Shown here in pieces: positions 35,030 to 47,106 of a stretch of 64,000 nucleotides of DNA. The notes beneath the pieces are model-generated. The model made no database searches. It was not told the origin of the DNA and saw nothing but the letters and a program-made list of their open reading frames with translations. Made by a program: the position numbers and the translations under genes. This DNA comes from Selaginella moellendorffii (Eukaryota; Plantae; Lycopodiophyta), in contig NW_003314323.1 of NCBI RefSeq assembly GCF_000143415.4, positions 934,499 to 998,498 on the forward strand. Reading direction: 5' to 3'. Each line of letters starts with the position of its first letter. Position 1 is the stretch's first letter.

Positions 35030-35724
35030 TCATACGAGATTTTTTCCAAGTGTGCTGTGCTTGAAGACCTCACTTGGTTCCTTTGTATCACCTCCATTCT
35101 CTTGGAAACTCTTGTTTTCTTCGCGATCAAAACAGTACCATGGCGCTTGCCACCCTTCATCCTCGAGCACCTTGCCAGGCTCGAAAGTCATGACATACTC
35201 TTCCCTCCCTGGAAGATTTTCATTCTTAGTTCTTAATAGAGCGAAAAGGAAGAGACTATACCTGTGTAGAAGATCCAATACACAGGCCTCTTTGTCTCCA
35301 CGTCCTCGTAGTAGAAGATGAAATCATCGGCCTTGGACCAGACATTGCAAGTGAATCCTCCCACTTCCCTCACGCCAATGTAAGTGGAATTGCTCACCAG
35401 CCAATCCGGTGGCAAAATCCCCACTGGAACATGAACAGTCCTGCAGCTGCCGGCGTCGAGATCGTAGAAGAAGGACGTGCCGTTTGTCCACTCGAGATCG
35501 TAAAGCGTGGATCCCAGCTGCGAGTGGATGATGTTGAAGTTCCTGCCATTCGGGAAATCATACCAGAGGTCGACCGTGGAGAGCTTGCCGCTCGCATTTT
35601 GGAGGAGCAGCGCGTGGAATTGCTCCGGCCACGGCGTTGGAGTGGGGCTTCCAAATCCGGCGTCGCAGAAGCCGAGAAGAATTGCTGCGAGGGCGAGCTT
35701 AGCCGCATTGCCATGCGACGCCAT
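35030..35724 (-). CDS. At4g14100-like secreted protein of unknown function; exons 35724-35262 and 35208-35030
   Basis: Signal peptide, [74 protein letters not shown] 53-nt GT-AG intron joins to [22 protein letters not shown]. An upstream ATG at 35763 is possible. Confidence 0.85.
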
Positions 35725-37139
35725 AGCCAAAATTATCCCTGCGTACCTTTGAAAAAATTCCATATCTTTACATCCAACAAACGTACTGCCACTGTATCAA
35801 ACTATTTCGCTGCACTTTGGAGCTCCACTCCTGATACCGGTGCAAGCTCCCTGGAAACTCGTGAAGAGTCCATCGACTTTAACAGTCTTGATCTAGTATT
35901 CGAATTCCTCGTATGGATCCTCATGAAAATCAAAATGTAGGAACTGGTTCTCGTTCCTAAACGTGTAGGCTTAAGAAGATAAAAAATTGAGGGTAGCGAA
36001 AGGTAAGGAAATTTGCAGCGGCCAAACCTGGAGATGCCGAGAGTGAGCTCTTGAAACCAGGTGCGTTGCGTATAACCAGTGGTGATGTTTGGAGGCACTA
36101 GATCCAAGTATCGGTTTGATGTTATCTCTGCATAACTCTGTCATAATTGAAGCTTTTCAGGATACAATCGACTCCGGTTTGAGGATACCTGGTTTGTGTC
36201 CTGCGTAAGAACCGTGTAATCGTCGATCAGTAAGATCTTTGGAGAGTCTGTGATGTTTGAGATGTACATAAGCGACGTTGGAGCTAAGGTTTGTATAAAG
36301 ATTGTCTGCTTGTTCCACTTGTCCGACATATTTTCCTTTGTAGCCATACTTCTGTAGCATTTCCATGAACGAATCTTCTCCTGTTTGCAGAAAGGATTTC
36401 ATTTATAAGAAAAAACAAACACGAGAGAGAAGAAAGATTATTTTCTTTCTTTCACTTACATGTTTGTTCATGGAGACCGCACTCTTCACTTCCGGATAGA
36501 TTCCAAGGCGATTGAGATAAAAGGTTCGAATGTGATGATTTGAACCACTACACAAAGAAGACAACGAAGGGGGAAGATTCCTCGATTGCTCTGTGGACAG
36601 AGAAATTTAGAGTAATCCATGGCTCGCATTTGTATACTCACCTTTTACGCCAGTGCCGTTTTCCCAATTTGATCCGCGGGTCGGGTACAATCGAGCGACC
36701 GAGAAATACGTTTACCTGGGGACTAAATTTCTAATCGTTTTGCTTCTTGTCAGGCTGATGAGAATGTAGCAGCTCCTTTACCACGATGCAATTGCTTTTC
36801 GCGTATCAAAGTCCCCACTCTGGAAGCTCACACTCTTTGGAATCTTTTTTTTGCGTTCTAGGTGACTGAATCCTCGTTTAAATCGTCTATCCCCTTACTT
36901 CTTGCTTTTGGCTTCACACCTTTCCTTCGGTCATTCTCCTCCAGACCAGGAGGATAGCTTTGCACTTTCGCTCAACGTCCCGCAATCGGTGCGACCATTG
37001 ACTGTATAGCTACTTTAAGCCCTCATCAAACATTTTCCTCTTTTACTCCTATCCAGGTTTGGATCCAGAAATATCTTGGACATGGTTAGTCAAAGGCCTT
37101 TTTGTCCCTCTTTTCCTCTAACCCGTGTCGGGGGAATGA

Positions 37140-37540
37140 GTGATAGTGTTGTTAAACAAGCTCAGCATCGACGTGAGGAAGTCATCCGAGTCTCGAAGCT
37201 TAAGCGTCACCAACCATGGTGGAAGGGGCCAGGAAAGGCAGCATGGAAATTGCAAGTGAAGGCATCGGGAATCTGGCCAGTGACAGAGGTATCATCAAGC
37301 TCCGTGTAAACAAGGTTGAATAGCAGTCCAAGGAACACTACCTGTGAGCTTGTTAGACTGGAGCCGAATCCTCTCCAAGTTGGACAGGCCACCAATGGAA
37401 GATGGGATTGCTGCCTTGGAATCCATGTAAGCCTGGAGGCGAGAGAGCTTCGTGACCATGCTTGGAATTTCCCATGCCAAAAGACCACGCTCGAGAGATC
37501 TTCGTGGAGAGTTACCAAAAGCATTTGAACGTGAGCGGGA
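37140..37540 (-). pseudogene. LRR receptor-type gene fragment
   Basis: IPSSIGGLSNLERIRLQSNKLTGSVP; LDDTSVTGQIPDAF; frameshifted. Confidence 0.7.
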
Positions 37541-40500
37541 CGTAGATTATCCTTAGTGTAAAGAGTCGAGTTTAAAGATTAAACTAAATTTTTTTGAAAT
37601 ATATTCTTATTATCATTTCTAATCTTTGTAAATATTGAAGATTTTGTTGTACTGTCTCACCAAAGAAAAAAAATTCATGATCTGGAAAAATATTACAAAG
37701 TAAATAATAAAATGGTGGGGGTTTTTGTTGGTGTAAAACAATTATTAAAATTTTAATTCCAATTATATGTATAGATAACTGACTTGTGCCAGCAAAGAAT
37801 TTGGCCTTACGATGAATCTACCATGGTATTTCTTTTAAAATAACGTCTTTAAGTTGTGGAGGAAAATGTTGAGGGTTACTTCTTGAAACTTTTAGATGTT
37901 TTCCAAATAAAATAATCAATACAAGAGAGAAAATCATTCTGTAAGAAGCCATAAAGAAAACATGTTTGTTTTTGGAATCTTGTGTGTGTAACATGTTGAA
38001 TAAATCAACCAAATGTATGGCAAATGCAGCCACGATGCAAAATAATGTTCTTAATCTACATATGGGATATGAAAAATGATATATAATTTAAGCATAGTTT
38101 TATTTTTGTTGTATTATATATTAATGAATCTTTGCACACCATTGTTTGTAAATCCAAATCTCAGATCCATAAGGTTACTAGTTTGTGGAAATAGGCCAAG
38201 CAACATTCCAGTGTAACTACTAATCTATTTTCTTTACTAAAGCCAGGTAGTGCACTCCATCTCTTGTGAACAATTAAGATTTTGGAAGGTCTATTTAAAG
38301 TTGGATACATCAATAGTAACAACAGAAATAGTTACATGATTTTGGGGAGTTTGTACCATGGAATGTTGTGTCTGTTGGCTGATATTATAAATTTATGTTT
38401 AGTTCCACATCCAGCTGAGGTGTCTGCTCTTGGGACAAGTGGAATTGATGCCTCCTTAAAGGTTGACGATCCAAGCTCTGACAAGGTGGAAAAGAAAAGG
38501 AACAAATGGTGAAAGAAAGAAGAAAAAATGAAAAAGGAAAAAGAGAATGAAAGAAATCACCAAAGAGTGAGCAAGTCTTGCCCACTTAAATGCACTGAAT
38601 CTCTAATGTTTGGTGGATGCTCCTTGAGCTGGAAGTCTTGGTCTAACTCCAAAAGGTTGGCTAAACCTGAAAAAATCCTATTAATTCCATCAAAGATGAT
38701 TGCGTTGAAGATTGTTGTTTCTTGGGAGAAAGAGGACTCCCAGTTGATGATGTTAAGTGTTCTGATGCAAGGAAAGACGTCTACTTCTCTATTATTGATC
38801 TGGTGGCCTTCTGAAGTGGTGAGGGATGCGAAAACTGTCTTGAATTTCCCCACCAGCTGAAAGATTCCAAGCCTAAAGGATGAAGGAATTTGCTCGGGTA
38901 TATGGTCTTCTTTGTTGACTGGAAGTGGCTGGTGGAGACAATGTTAATCATATCTTGTGCTACATAGCCTTCTAGTGATGGATTGATGAATATTTAAGGA
39001 AGTCGCTGCCCCCAAAGTGAAAGATACCATTGCACTATTGGTGACCGGAATATGTGTCATGCTTGCCTGTGAACTGCTTCTTAGTGTAGTTGGTCTGCAC
39101 CAGTGGCGACTGCTGCTCTGGAATTTTGGTGATGATATACAGCAACAAGAAAGGTTCCTGAATCATCCATGCTGGAGGAACCTGAGATGCTGGTGTAAGA
39201 AGAAGTAAAGAATCTCATAGTCCCAGCTCACTTGACTAGCCAAAACTTTCTCTCAAACCTTTGGAGTTGTATCCACTACTTTGTCTGCTTTTTTGTACTA
39301 ATGTTTACCTTTTAGAAATTGCTCCAGAGGCCATGTACTTTACCATGGTACTTTGTGGTGACTCACAGCTTTGAGCTAGTTCCTCCACGTTGGCTGGCAC
39401 ATCTTGATGAGTCCTTCATCTTGTCGTTGTTGTGTCATGAGTTAGAGTGTTGTTGTCCTACTTCAATGGTGTCAAGATGATGGTCTCTAGCTGCTCAGCA
39501 TTAAAAAAAGATGGTTAATTCCCTTTCGTCATCTTTTTTAGGCATTTGTTGCTCTACGAGCTGCTCTCACACACATGCTGTATGTCTGGTTGGCTCTCTG
39601 CAGCTTTGGAAGACTCTGTAGACACCACTTGAGTGTTCTCATGTCAATCAAAATCTGAAACAGTGATCCAGAAGATAGAAATCTCCTCTTCTTTTGGTGT
39701 AGCGAGTATTTGTGTCATCTCAAATGTTGGCTATTCGTGAAGGATTAAACTTGTGATCAAAGAAGCGGTTACATGGAATAGGGCTTGTGAGGTGGCAAAG
39801 CTATAGCACATGTAAAGGATTTTGATATCCCGAGAGAATAAGAGTGGAAAACAATGGGGAGTGAAGGTTAGATTAGGCCCTCAGGGATTTTGCACTTAAC
39901 AATGTTTCTTAAAGTGTGGTTTAGAGTAAAGAGTGCTTTGTTACTTATAAACATCTTGAGTGTGGCTTGGATTGGAATGTGCTTATGTTCATTTTGTGGA
40001 TGTGGGTTTTTTTGCTGGAATAGTAAGTGTGTTTCTATCAATGTCCTGAGTACCTCAAAGTGAGTATATTTGGAGATCTTGTGTCAGTATTTGCAATGCA
40101 CTACAAGGCTGGATCATGTGCATGTGCTTCTTTCAAATTGTGAGGCTGCCACTAGCAAGTAGAGAGCAACTAGATTGTGTTGACGAGAGATCAAGCTAAT
40201 ATGTTAGATATTCTATGCCACATGGCTTGAGTGACGAATTTGTTCATTACACCCTTCTTGGTATCAAAGGGATTGTGTGACAATTCTTGCATGTGGGGGA
40301 GAGAATTAGCTTCTGAAGTGTGAGTTTCTTTTATTAATCTTTAACCTAATATTGTTGTGGCATCTTCTTGAAAAGTTGAATGCAAGTGGTGGATCCAGTG
40401 TAGGACTAAGTGAATCTTTTGCAAAGTTTGAGAAGTGGAGTTGGGCTGATATTGCTGAGGAAAAGGAGGAGCACACCCAGTAGTAGTATCTTGAACTAGT

Positions 40501-40569
40501 GCTAAGGGAAAAAATGCTTAAGAGGGTGGTGTGGGTATGTTTAGAGTTCAATAAACATATATATATATA

Positions 40570-43500
40570 CATTCCCCATATTCTAATGGGACTAATACAA
40601 AACCTGGGTGTGCCACCCTCTTAATAAGCTATTCTATGTGATCCTTATGTGTCGCAACTAGATCTAGTCCTAGAGTAGAAGTGGACATGGTTGTCTCCTT
40701 TGGATCATATTGATGTCCAAGTCACCCCTTCAAGCCAAACATAGAACAATGTCCAAGGGGTGCCACTACCAATGCATCTCATCACCTACGATTTTGCTGA
40801 AACATAGAAGCCACTTAATCCTCCACTCCTCTAGCCGTCTTGGTTTCACCTACTCTTTCAAAATGGTGTAATGAAGATGCACCACTGCAAAAGTGAGTCT
40901 CCACCATGATACCAACACTATTGATATCCTCACTTATTGCCCATCAAAGTGACAATGGTTCCGTGCCTCCTAAAGTGCTTACACTCTTGTCGCTCTCCAG
41001 ATGGACTAACACTTATAGCCCATCGCCTCCCAAACTAACATCCCAAATTCAACCCCTATCACGTCCCACCAGACTCGCATGCTCCATCTGTGTTGTCCTC
41101 AACAACAAATATGTCTCCAAGCTAGGCCAATGGCTGGACCTCTAGCTCCCTCAAACCAATGGAGGATATCTCGGCTCTAAACCTCAAACTCTAGAATATC
41201 TCCTAATTCCCGCATCACCTTGAGAATTTGTCGCCATACCTCTCTCACTGTATCACATTCTCATATTGCATGTCATGTTGCCTCTAGCTTGCCATACTCC
41301 TTACATCTAGCCCGTTATTTGCCACCAACCAAGAGGTGGCCTTGACTTTCTCCTGTACTGGTAATTTCCAGAACACAAGTGTGTTGTCCACCACCTAGTT
41401 TGCTTTGACTCCTTGTTTAATCCATTTCTTCCAGAGCTTGGGGATATCCCCTCGGGCCTCTTCCTGCTGGTCAAGAGACCATCCACACTTCCTTGACTTC
41501 AAATAAGATCACCACATGTCAACCAAGTTGTATATGCTTTGTAGTCTTCCTCATATCCTTGTCTAGAACTCCTATCAGTTATTTGAGAGTTCAGAAACCT
41601 TCACCATGCAACTTTCTCTAGATTGTGTAGTGATCTTCCCTACTTAGCATCTTATTGTCCACTTTGAAGAGGTCATTAAAAAATAGGGGCTGGTTTAGCC
41701 AGTCCTTTGCTTGCCCCAGCATTTCCCTACTGATTGGAAATTTGCTCCATAGCCTGAGAATCCCTTGAACTAGTGTACCGCCCTTGACTATTTGCTTTGG
41801 CTCTTTAGTAAAAAGCCAACGTAGATCCTCCTCCATGGTCTCACAATGTTGTGCCTAGGCCAGATTGTTAACAAACTCTGTATAAACATGAGTCTCCAAG
41901 GTTAGTTACTTGGTTGAAGGCCTATAAGGAGGATTTTGTATTGTAGTGCCTTCGCTATGTCACTCAGATTGATAACTCTAAGTCCTCCCAAGACTCATGG
42001 ACGTGTTGTGAATTGCCATGCAACCTTGGCCATGATCCTCCCTATAACAAGTGTGCTCTACCACCCATACTTACATACCATCGTGCGTACCTTTCTAAGA
42101 GTGCATTCAAAGACAAGATAGATTGAGAGGTGGTACCAAATGCTAGGCAAGATGATCCTCCTAGCTACACCACTCTCGTGGGTAGATTGAGTTTCCAAGG
42201 AGCCCACTTTTGGATTGATGTTTATATCCTTTGGAGCAAAGTGTCATCCTAAAGTGCTGCACTGAACCTAGTACCAACTTAAATCCCTAGATGCTTGGTG
42301 TCCTCTCCTGGTTTAAGCCACTAGAAGTCAATGTCTTGACCCCAAGACTCAATGCCTGGCCACCCCCAATTTATACCCACTGAATTGTTCTAGTTAATTG
42401 TTGTGCCAATTGAAAAGTTGAAAGTCTCTAGTGCCTTCTTAGCTGTGTCCAAGTTCTCCTTAGTTGTGAGTAGGAACATGGCTGTGTTGTCTACAAATGC
42501 TCCATCTAAGAGTTCTTAAGTCACCCTTGCCATCCCAAGATGATGGGGGAAAGTCCACCTCAATCTTCTTTGCTTCATCAGAGTGGTGAGTGAGGAGAAG
42601 AAGGGGCAGCTCTGGCCTAGGCAATGTCTCAAACCTGGAGACTTTGTGGCTCTACAATAGGATGTATAGCTAGATAGGGAACGAGTCAGCCTAGGAGCTT
42701 GGACATGGGTGTTTATAGCCCTAACACTAGCTTGGGAGGATGGTGATGTGGTGTCTTTTGAATAGATGTCAATCATCCTTTTCAGGTTATAAGAGGCAAT
42801 ATGCTGCTACTAGTAGGAGATGAACAAGTCATGCCGATGGTGACGGATGACAAAGTCAAGGGTAGGATTTGAGTAATATGACAAGCTCCAAAGTAGTTGG
42901 TGGTGGTTCAATCTAAGGCCTCACTAGAGGGGGATGGCATTCTCAGATGGTGGTGACAACAACTTATCAAAGATCTGGATTGGGACCCAGCAATATGGAA
43001 ATGAGGAGTGAGGAGCTTCCTGGAAGTTGTTGTCTCGCAACTGGCAGGGTGAGTCCTTCAATGCGCCCACCTTCCACTAGAAACGTGCCCAAGGCCTCAG
43101 CCACGATCAGAAAGAGATAGGGCACTAGTGGACTCCCTTGGCATACCGAGTGTCCCAGTTGAAAACTTGGTCCCATCTCGCTGTTTATTATGACTCTACT
43201 TGCAACTTTCTCGCAACCATCTCTTTCAAGATGCTGATCTTATGCATACACTCCTCCAGGAACCTCCAGTCCACGCAATTGTAGGCATTCTCAAAGTCTA
43301 ATAGCCACACTACAATTTGTCGGTTAGAGATCTCTGCCCATCTCTAAGCCAATAGGTCTGTCCAAATATTTTCTGCGATTTGTCGCCCTGGAACGAAATC
43401 TGTTTGCTGTTCCTGGATGATCAACGGCATAACAGGTTGGAGCTTGAGAGTCATTGCTTTGGCATAGACCTTGTAGGACGTGTTGAGCATGGTGATTAGC

Positions 43501-44560
43501 CTCCAGTTCCTCAACTCTTGCAAGTCCCCCCTCTTTGGGATAAGTGCAATTAAGCCCTTAAGAATCTCACAAGGCAAGGCCCCATCACGCTGAGCATCCC
43601 ACCACACTTGCAGCAGTAGTGAGCCTATAGTTTCTAGTGCTCCTAAAAAAAGCAAGCAAAAGGCCATCAGTACTTGGCTACTTGTCATTACTGAGCTTCC
43701 CAAGTGCTTCCTAAAGCTCCTCCAATGTGAAGTCCTTCCTCAATGAGTTGTACCACTTGTGAGGGACATGCCGGGGAAGAGATGCAAGCACTTCCTCTGC
43801 TGCACTTTCCCTTCCTAGAGTCCATTGCTGGGCCGTGTATAGCACTTGGTAGATCTCCTGGGTGAGCTATTGCATCCCTTATTGATCCTTGATGACCCTC
43901 CCATCTCTGTGCTTCAGTCTCAGGATGGGAGGAGAATTAGTAACTGGCCTAATTCCCCGAAGCTTCTGGGAAAAAATTGGGAGCATTGGGATCATTCCTA
44001 GTTTGTCCTGCATGAGGGTGTCTTGTATTAGCTTGATCACCACCGAGTCTTGCAATGTTACTCTCATGATTGACTGTTGGACTACTGTCCCTCTACCTCT
44101 TTGGAGCCTGATCATGCAACGAAGAGGGTTGTGGTTTGAGAAGGAGGTGAAGCCAAGCCATGTTTTAAGGCTCCTGCCATCTTGCCATATGCAGGTTGAG
44201 GCATACACCCGGTCCATTCTGAACTAGGAGGTCACTGTCTGTCACCTTGTAAAAGGGTGAGCATGTGGTGCGAACCCCTCTACATGTTGGAGGTCCATGA
44301 TCCCTAATACATCCATGCAAGAAAATGAGGTGTTATGGGTCTCCCCTGCCATTTTGTGGAGATGGTCCACACCGCAGTCATCTTCCCTCTATACTTTGTC
44401 CACAAGAAGCCTCGGATAGGGTATTTCACAAAGCCTATCCACTCAGTAATGGCACTCTCTATGCATGTCTGGTAGTCACCAATGGTGATGACCTTCAGGA
44501 AGGCTTTATCTCCAACTTTTAGTTCTAATAATTGTTTTTCAAGTTTGCCCTCTATCCCCA
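40570..44560 (-). mobile_element. Degenerate L1-like LINE (endonuclease, RT, C-terminal region), interrupted at about 42535-43040
   Basis: EN relics IGDY, MDRVY, SNHNPL. RT motifs GLIALIPKRGD..NWRLITMLNTSYKVYAK, FVPGRQIAENI, LDFENAYNCVDW, QGSPLVPYLF, AFVDNT (for ADD). (AT)n at about 40557 near the 3' end. Confidence 0.88.
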
Positions 44561-45966
44561 ATAGCTAGTGTTGGGGAAGTTGTTGTTCTCATTAGGGATT
44601 ATACACATCTTTAGATGCTACTAGTTGGGAGCTCTACATGCTTGATTGGTGGATCCATGGCTTATATCAGCTTATGCATTATGGGAAGATTGATTTCATC
44701 TTTTTTAATCTTCCTAATGGGATGCCACCACTGCATGGGGATACTCCCTCATGGAATTTGTTGTAGGCCCAACACATTTCCCAAGCCTTACAAATTGCAA
44801 GCAACTTCATGATATACAAGGGTGTGGTTGTCATAATCTTTTCGCACTCTCTAATGTGGGGAGGCTTTCTTGTGCACTTTGTTGACAATGATGATGGATT
44901 TATGGAGTTTTTATTTAGCTATCTTCTTTCAAGTATAGCAGTGGACATGAAAGGCAGTAGCAGGCAGAAGTGGAAGGTGCATGACTTCTTTATTTACAAA
45001 TTAACTTTATTCTATTTTTTTCCAAGTTTATTCCTAGAACTACCATGCTCTATACCACATGCCATAAGGCCATACAAGCTGACGAGCATGTTGCTCTTGC
45101 TTTACTAGGATAGGATAATTCTATAGACATCATCCTAATTATGATTGACTCGAAGGTTCTTCACCTAGCATTCCCCAACTAATGACATTATTCGTCATGG
45201 CCACGTAGATCTTGTTAGAGTTATTCTGTCTACCAAAGGGGATTGTGCATGATGCTATAGCAGGATTTAAGTTAATGATGTTGGCAGCGAAAGAGACAAG
45301 CAATTTTTGCACTTGAGAAGGAGAGTGCCTTTGAGGATATTCTTGGGAGATTTTGTGACAAGTGATGTTAGTGTTTGAAGTAATCTAAAATATTTATTCT
45401 CAAACATTTCTATATCGTGAGGTCCACACTTATCACACAAGGTGTTTTAGTCTATATGTTTGATCTTAATCATATGGATGATCATATAGACCAAAATCAA
45501 TTCCACTTACCTATTTATGTTAAACGCATGGCACAATATTACATGCAATATGAGTCTATATTGAAGGAGCATCCCACTATACCCATTTTTTCTTTTCTAG
45601 ATAGGGAACTAGAAGAAGACTAAATATATTCTAATTTTTATATTAATTATATTTTTTAATAGATTATTTTCTTTCTTTGTAGACTAAAAGATTAGTTAGT
45701 GTTGAACCAATAATCTATATAAGCTTATGGAATACCTTAAACATATAAATTTTAAGTTAAAATTCTTGGTTCGAGACAAACTAAGGTTATTAAACTTTAG
45801 CTAGTTAAGGGATTGTATTGATTTCCTTTGACTTTTATTAACTTGAGCTCAACTCAAAAACTACCCAACCCCCTAGAGATTCAACTATCATGGTAAGTTT
45901 AGCATCTTTATAGAAATGCTAAATCAAGTTCTAAGATGGTGTCACTACAATTTGGAGGAGGGTATT

Positions 45967-47106
45967 TGTCGCGAATGTGACTTCGGGTATCGAAAGTTAC
46001 ATGTTGGCTAGTCCTTACGGACACTCTTACCTTACTGCCACGATAGTAGGAGGTCGGTGTTGCTAGACCCTTTATCAGTCTCTCTTGTTCAAGTGTTAGT
46101 AAACTGAACTTTACATCTGTACTTAGCCGGATGAGCATAAGGACGGAATTCCTAAGTGTCTATTTTGCCAAGTATACTTGGCCCAGCTTTTTAGTTCTCT
46201 TTTGCTCTGGCTTGATAAGAACCCTCGCATATTGAGATTGGTTCCTTAATATTGCTGGATGATAGCTTACCGTGTTTGCCAAATATCCTCACTATTATAC
46301 CCTTTGTGTTAGTCTCATTTTGGTCCCAAATACTATTTATGGAAAGTGTTTAGATTTGCTCATTTGGCATATCTATAGAATGTAGAGATTGACCTGAACA
46401 CAATGGTGTTTATCCCGTGTCCAAATTTGCAATCTAGGGACATTCCATATTTAGTAAGTTTCGAGTTTGTTTCAGAGACTAACTCTTGATACTAAAGGAG
46501 GCTTGGGGTGAAAGCCCAAAGCGTGTGTTCCTCAAGGGGGGGGGGGCGGCTTGTGGGGGGTCCCAAATGTATAATAGGGATAGTGGGTAGGTCAGGCATG
46601 GCTAACCAACTTGAGACATAGTTTAGCTCCCATTTGTGTGCTTGTCCTTGTTTTGCGTCTGATTTGGGTCTAAGCCCAAGTTCCACACCATGTTAGCTGG
46701 TGGAGTACCCATGTCCTCACGTTAGGCCACCGGTATGCCAAAATAGCGCCAGACTCCATTTGGCTCCGTTTTGTGTGCTGGTCCTAGCATTGGGATGCTG
46801 GTTACTCTAAAACTGTTCCAAGTTGCTCTAGGCTCCTGTCCCTTCGCTCCTTGGGCTTTATGCTCGGGAGTTGCTTTGTGGTTTGGTTCCATCACTCCTT
46901 GGCTCCATGCTTGGGAGTTTAGCACCATTCCTTTGTTTAGTGGCCCAAGGCCCTGAACCTCGGGTTTCACACCACTATCCTTTGGACACGTGGCATATGA
47001 CATGTGGCAAGTGTCACGTGGCATAAAGAGGGTTTAGGTTTTGCTTTGTGGTGTTATCCTATGGTAAATCACCATAGGATAAAGGGTCAAAACCACGTGT
47101 GCTACA
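45967..47106 (+). repeat. 5' LTR
   Basis: TGTCGCGAATGTG...CACGTGTGCTACA imperfect terminal inverted repeat; about 14 differences (all transitions) from the 3' LTR in the first ~200 bp. Confidence 0.9.

Noticed and set aside
35800-36900. Possible spliced minus-strand gene fragment (KILLIDDY, DLVPPNITTGY)
   Set aside because: Splice-like signals are present, but I could not build a consistent frame or recognise a family.
38240-40550. ORFs 38528-38860, 38557-38853 and surrounding sequence
   Set aside because: No recognisable domain; probably decayed repeat, not supportable.
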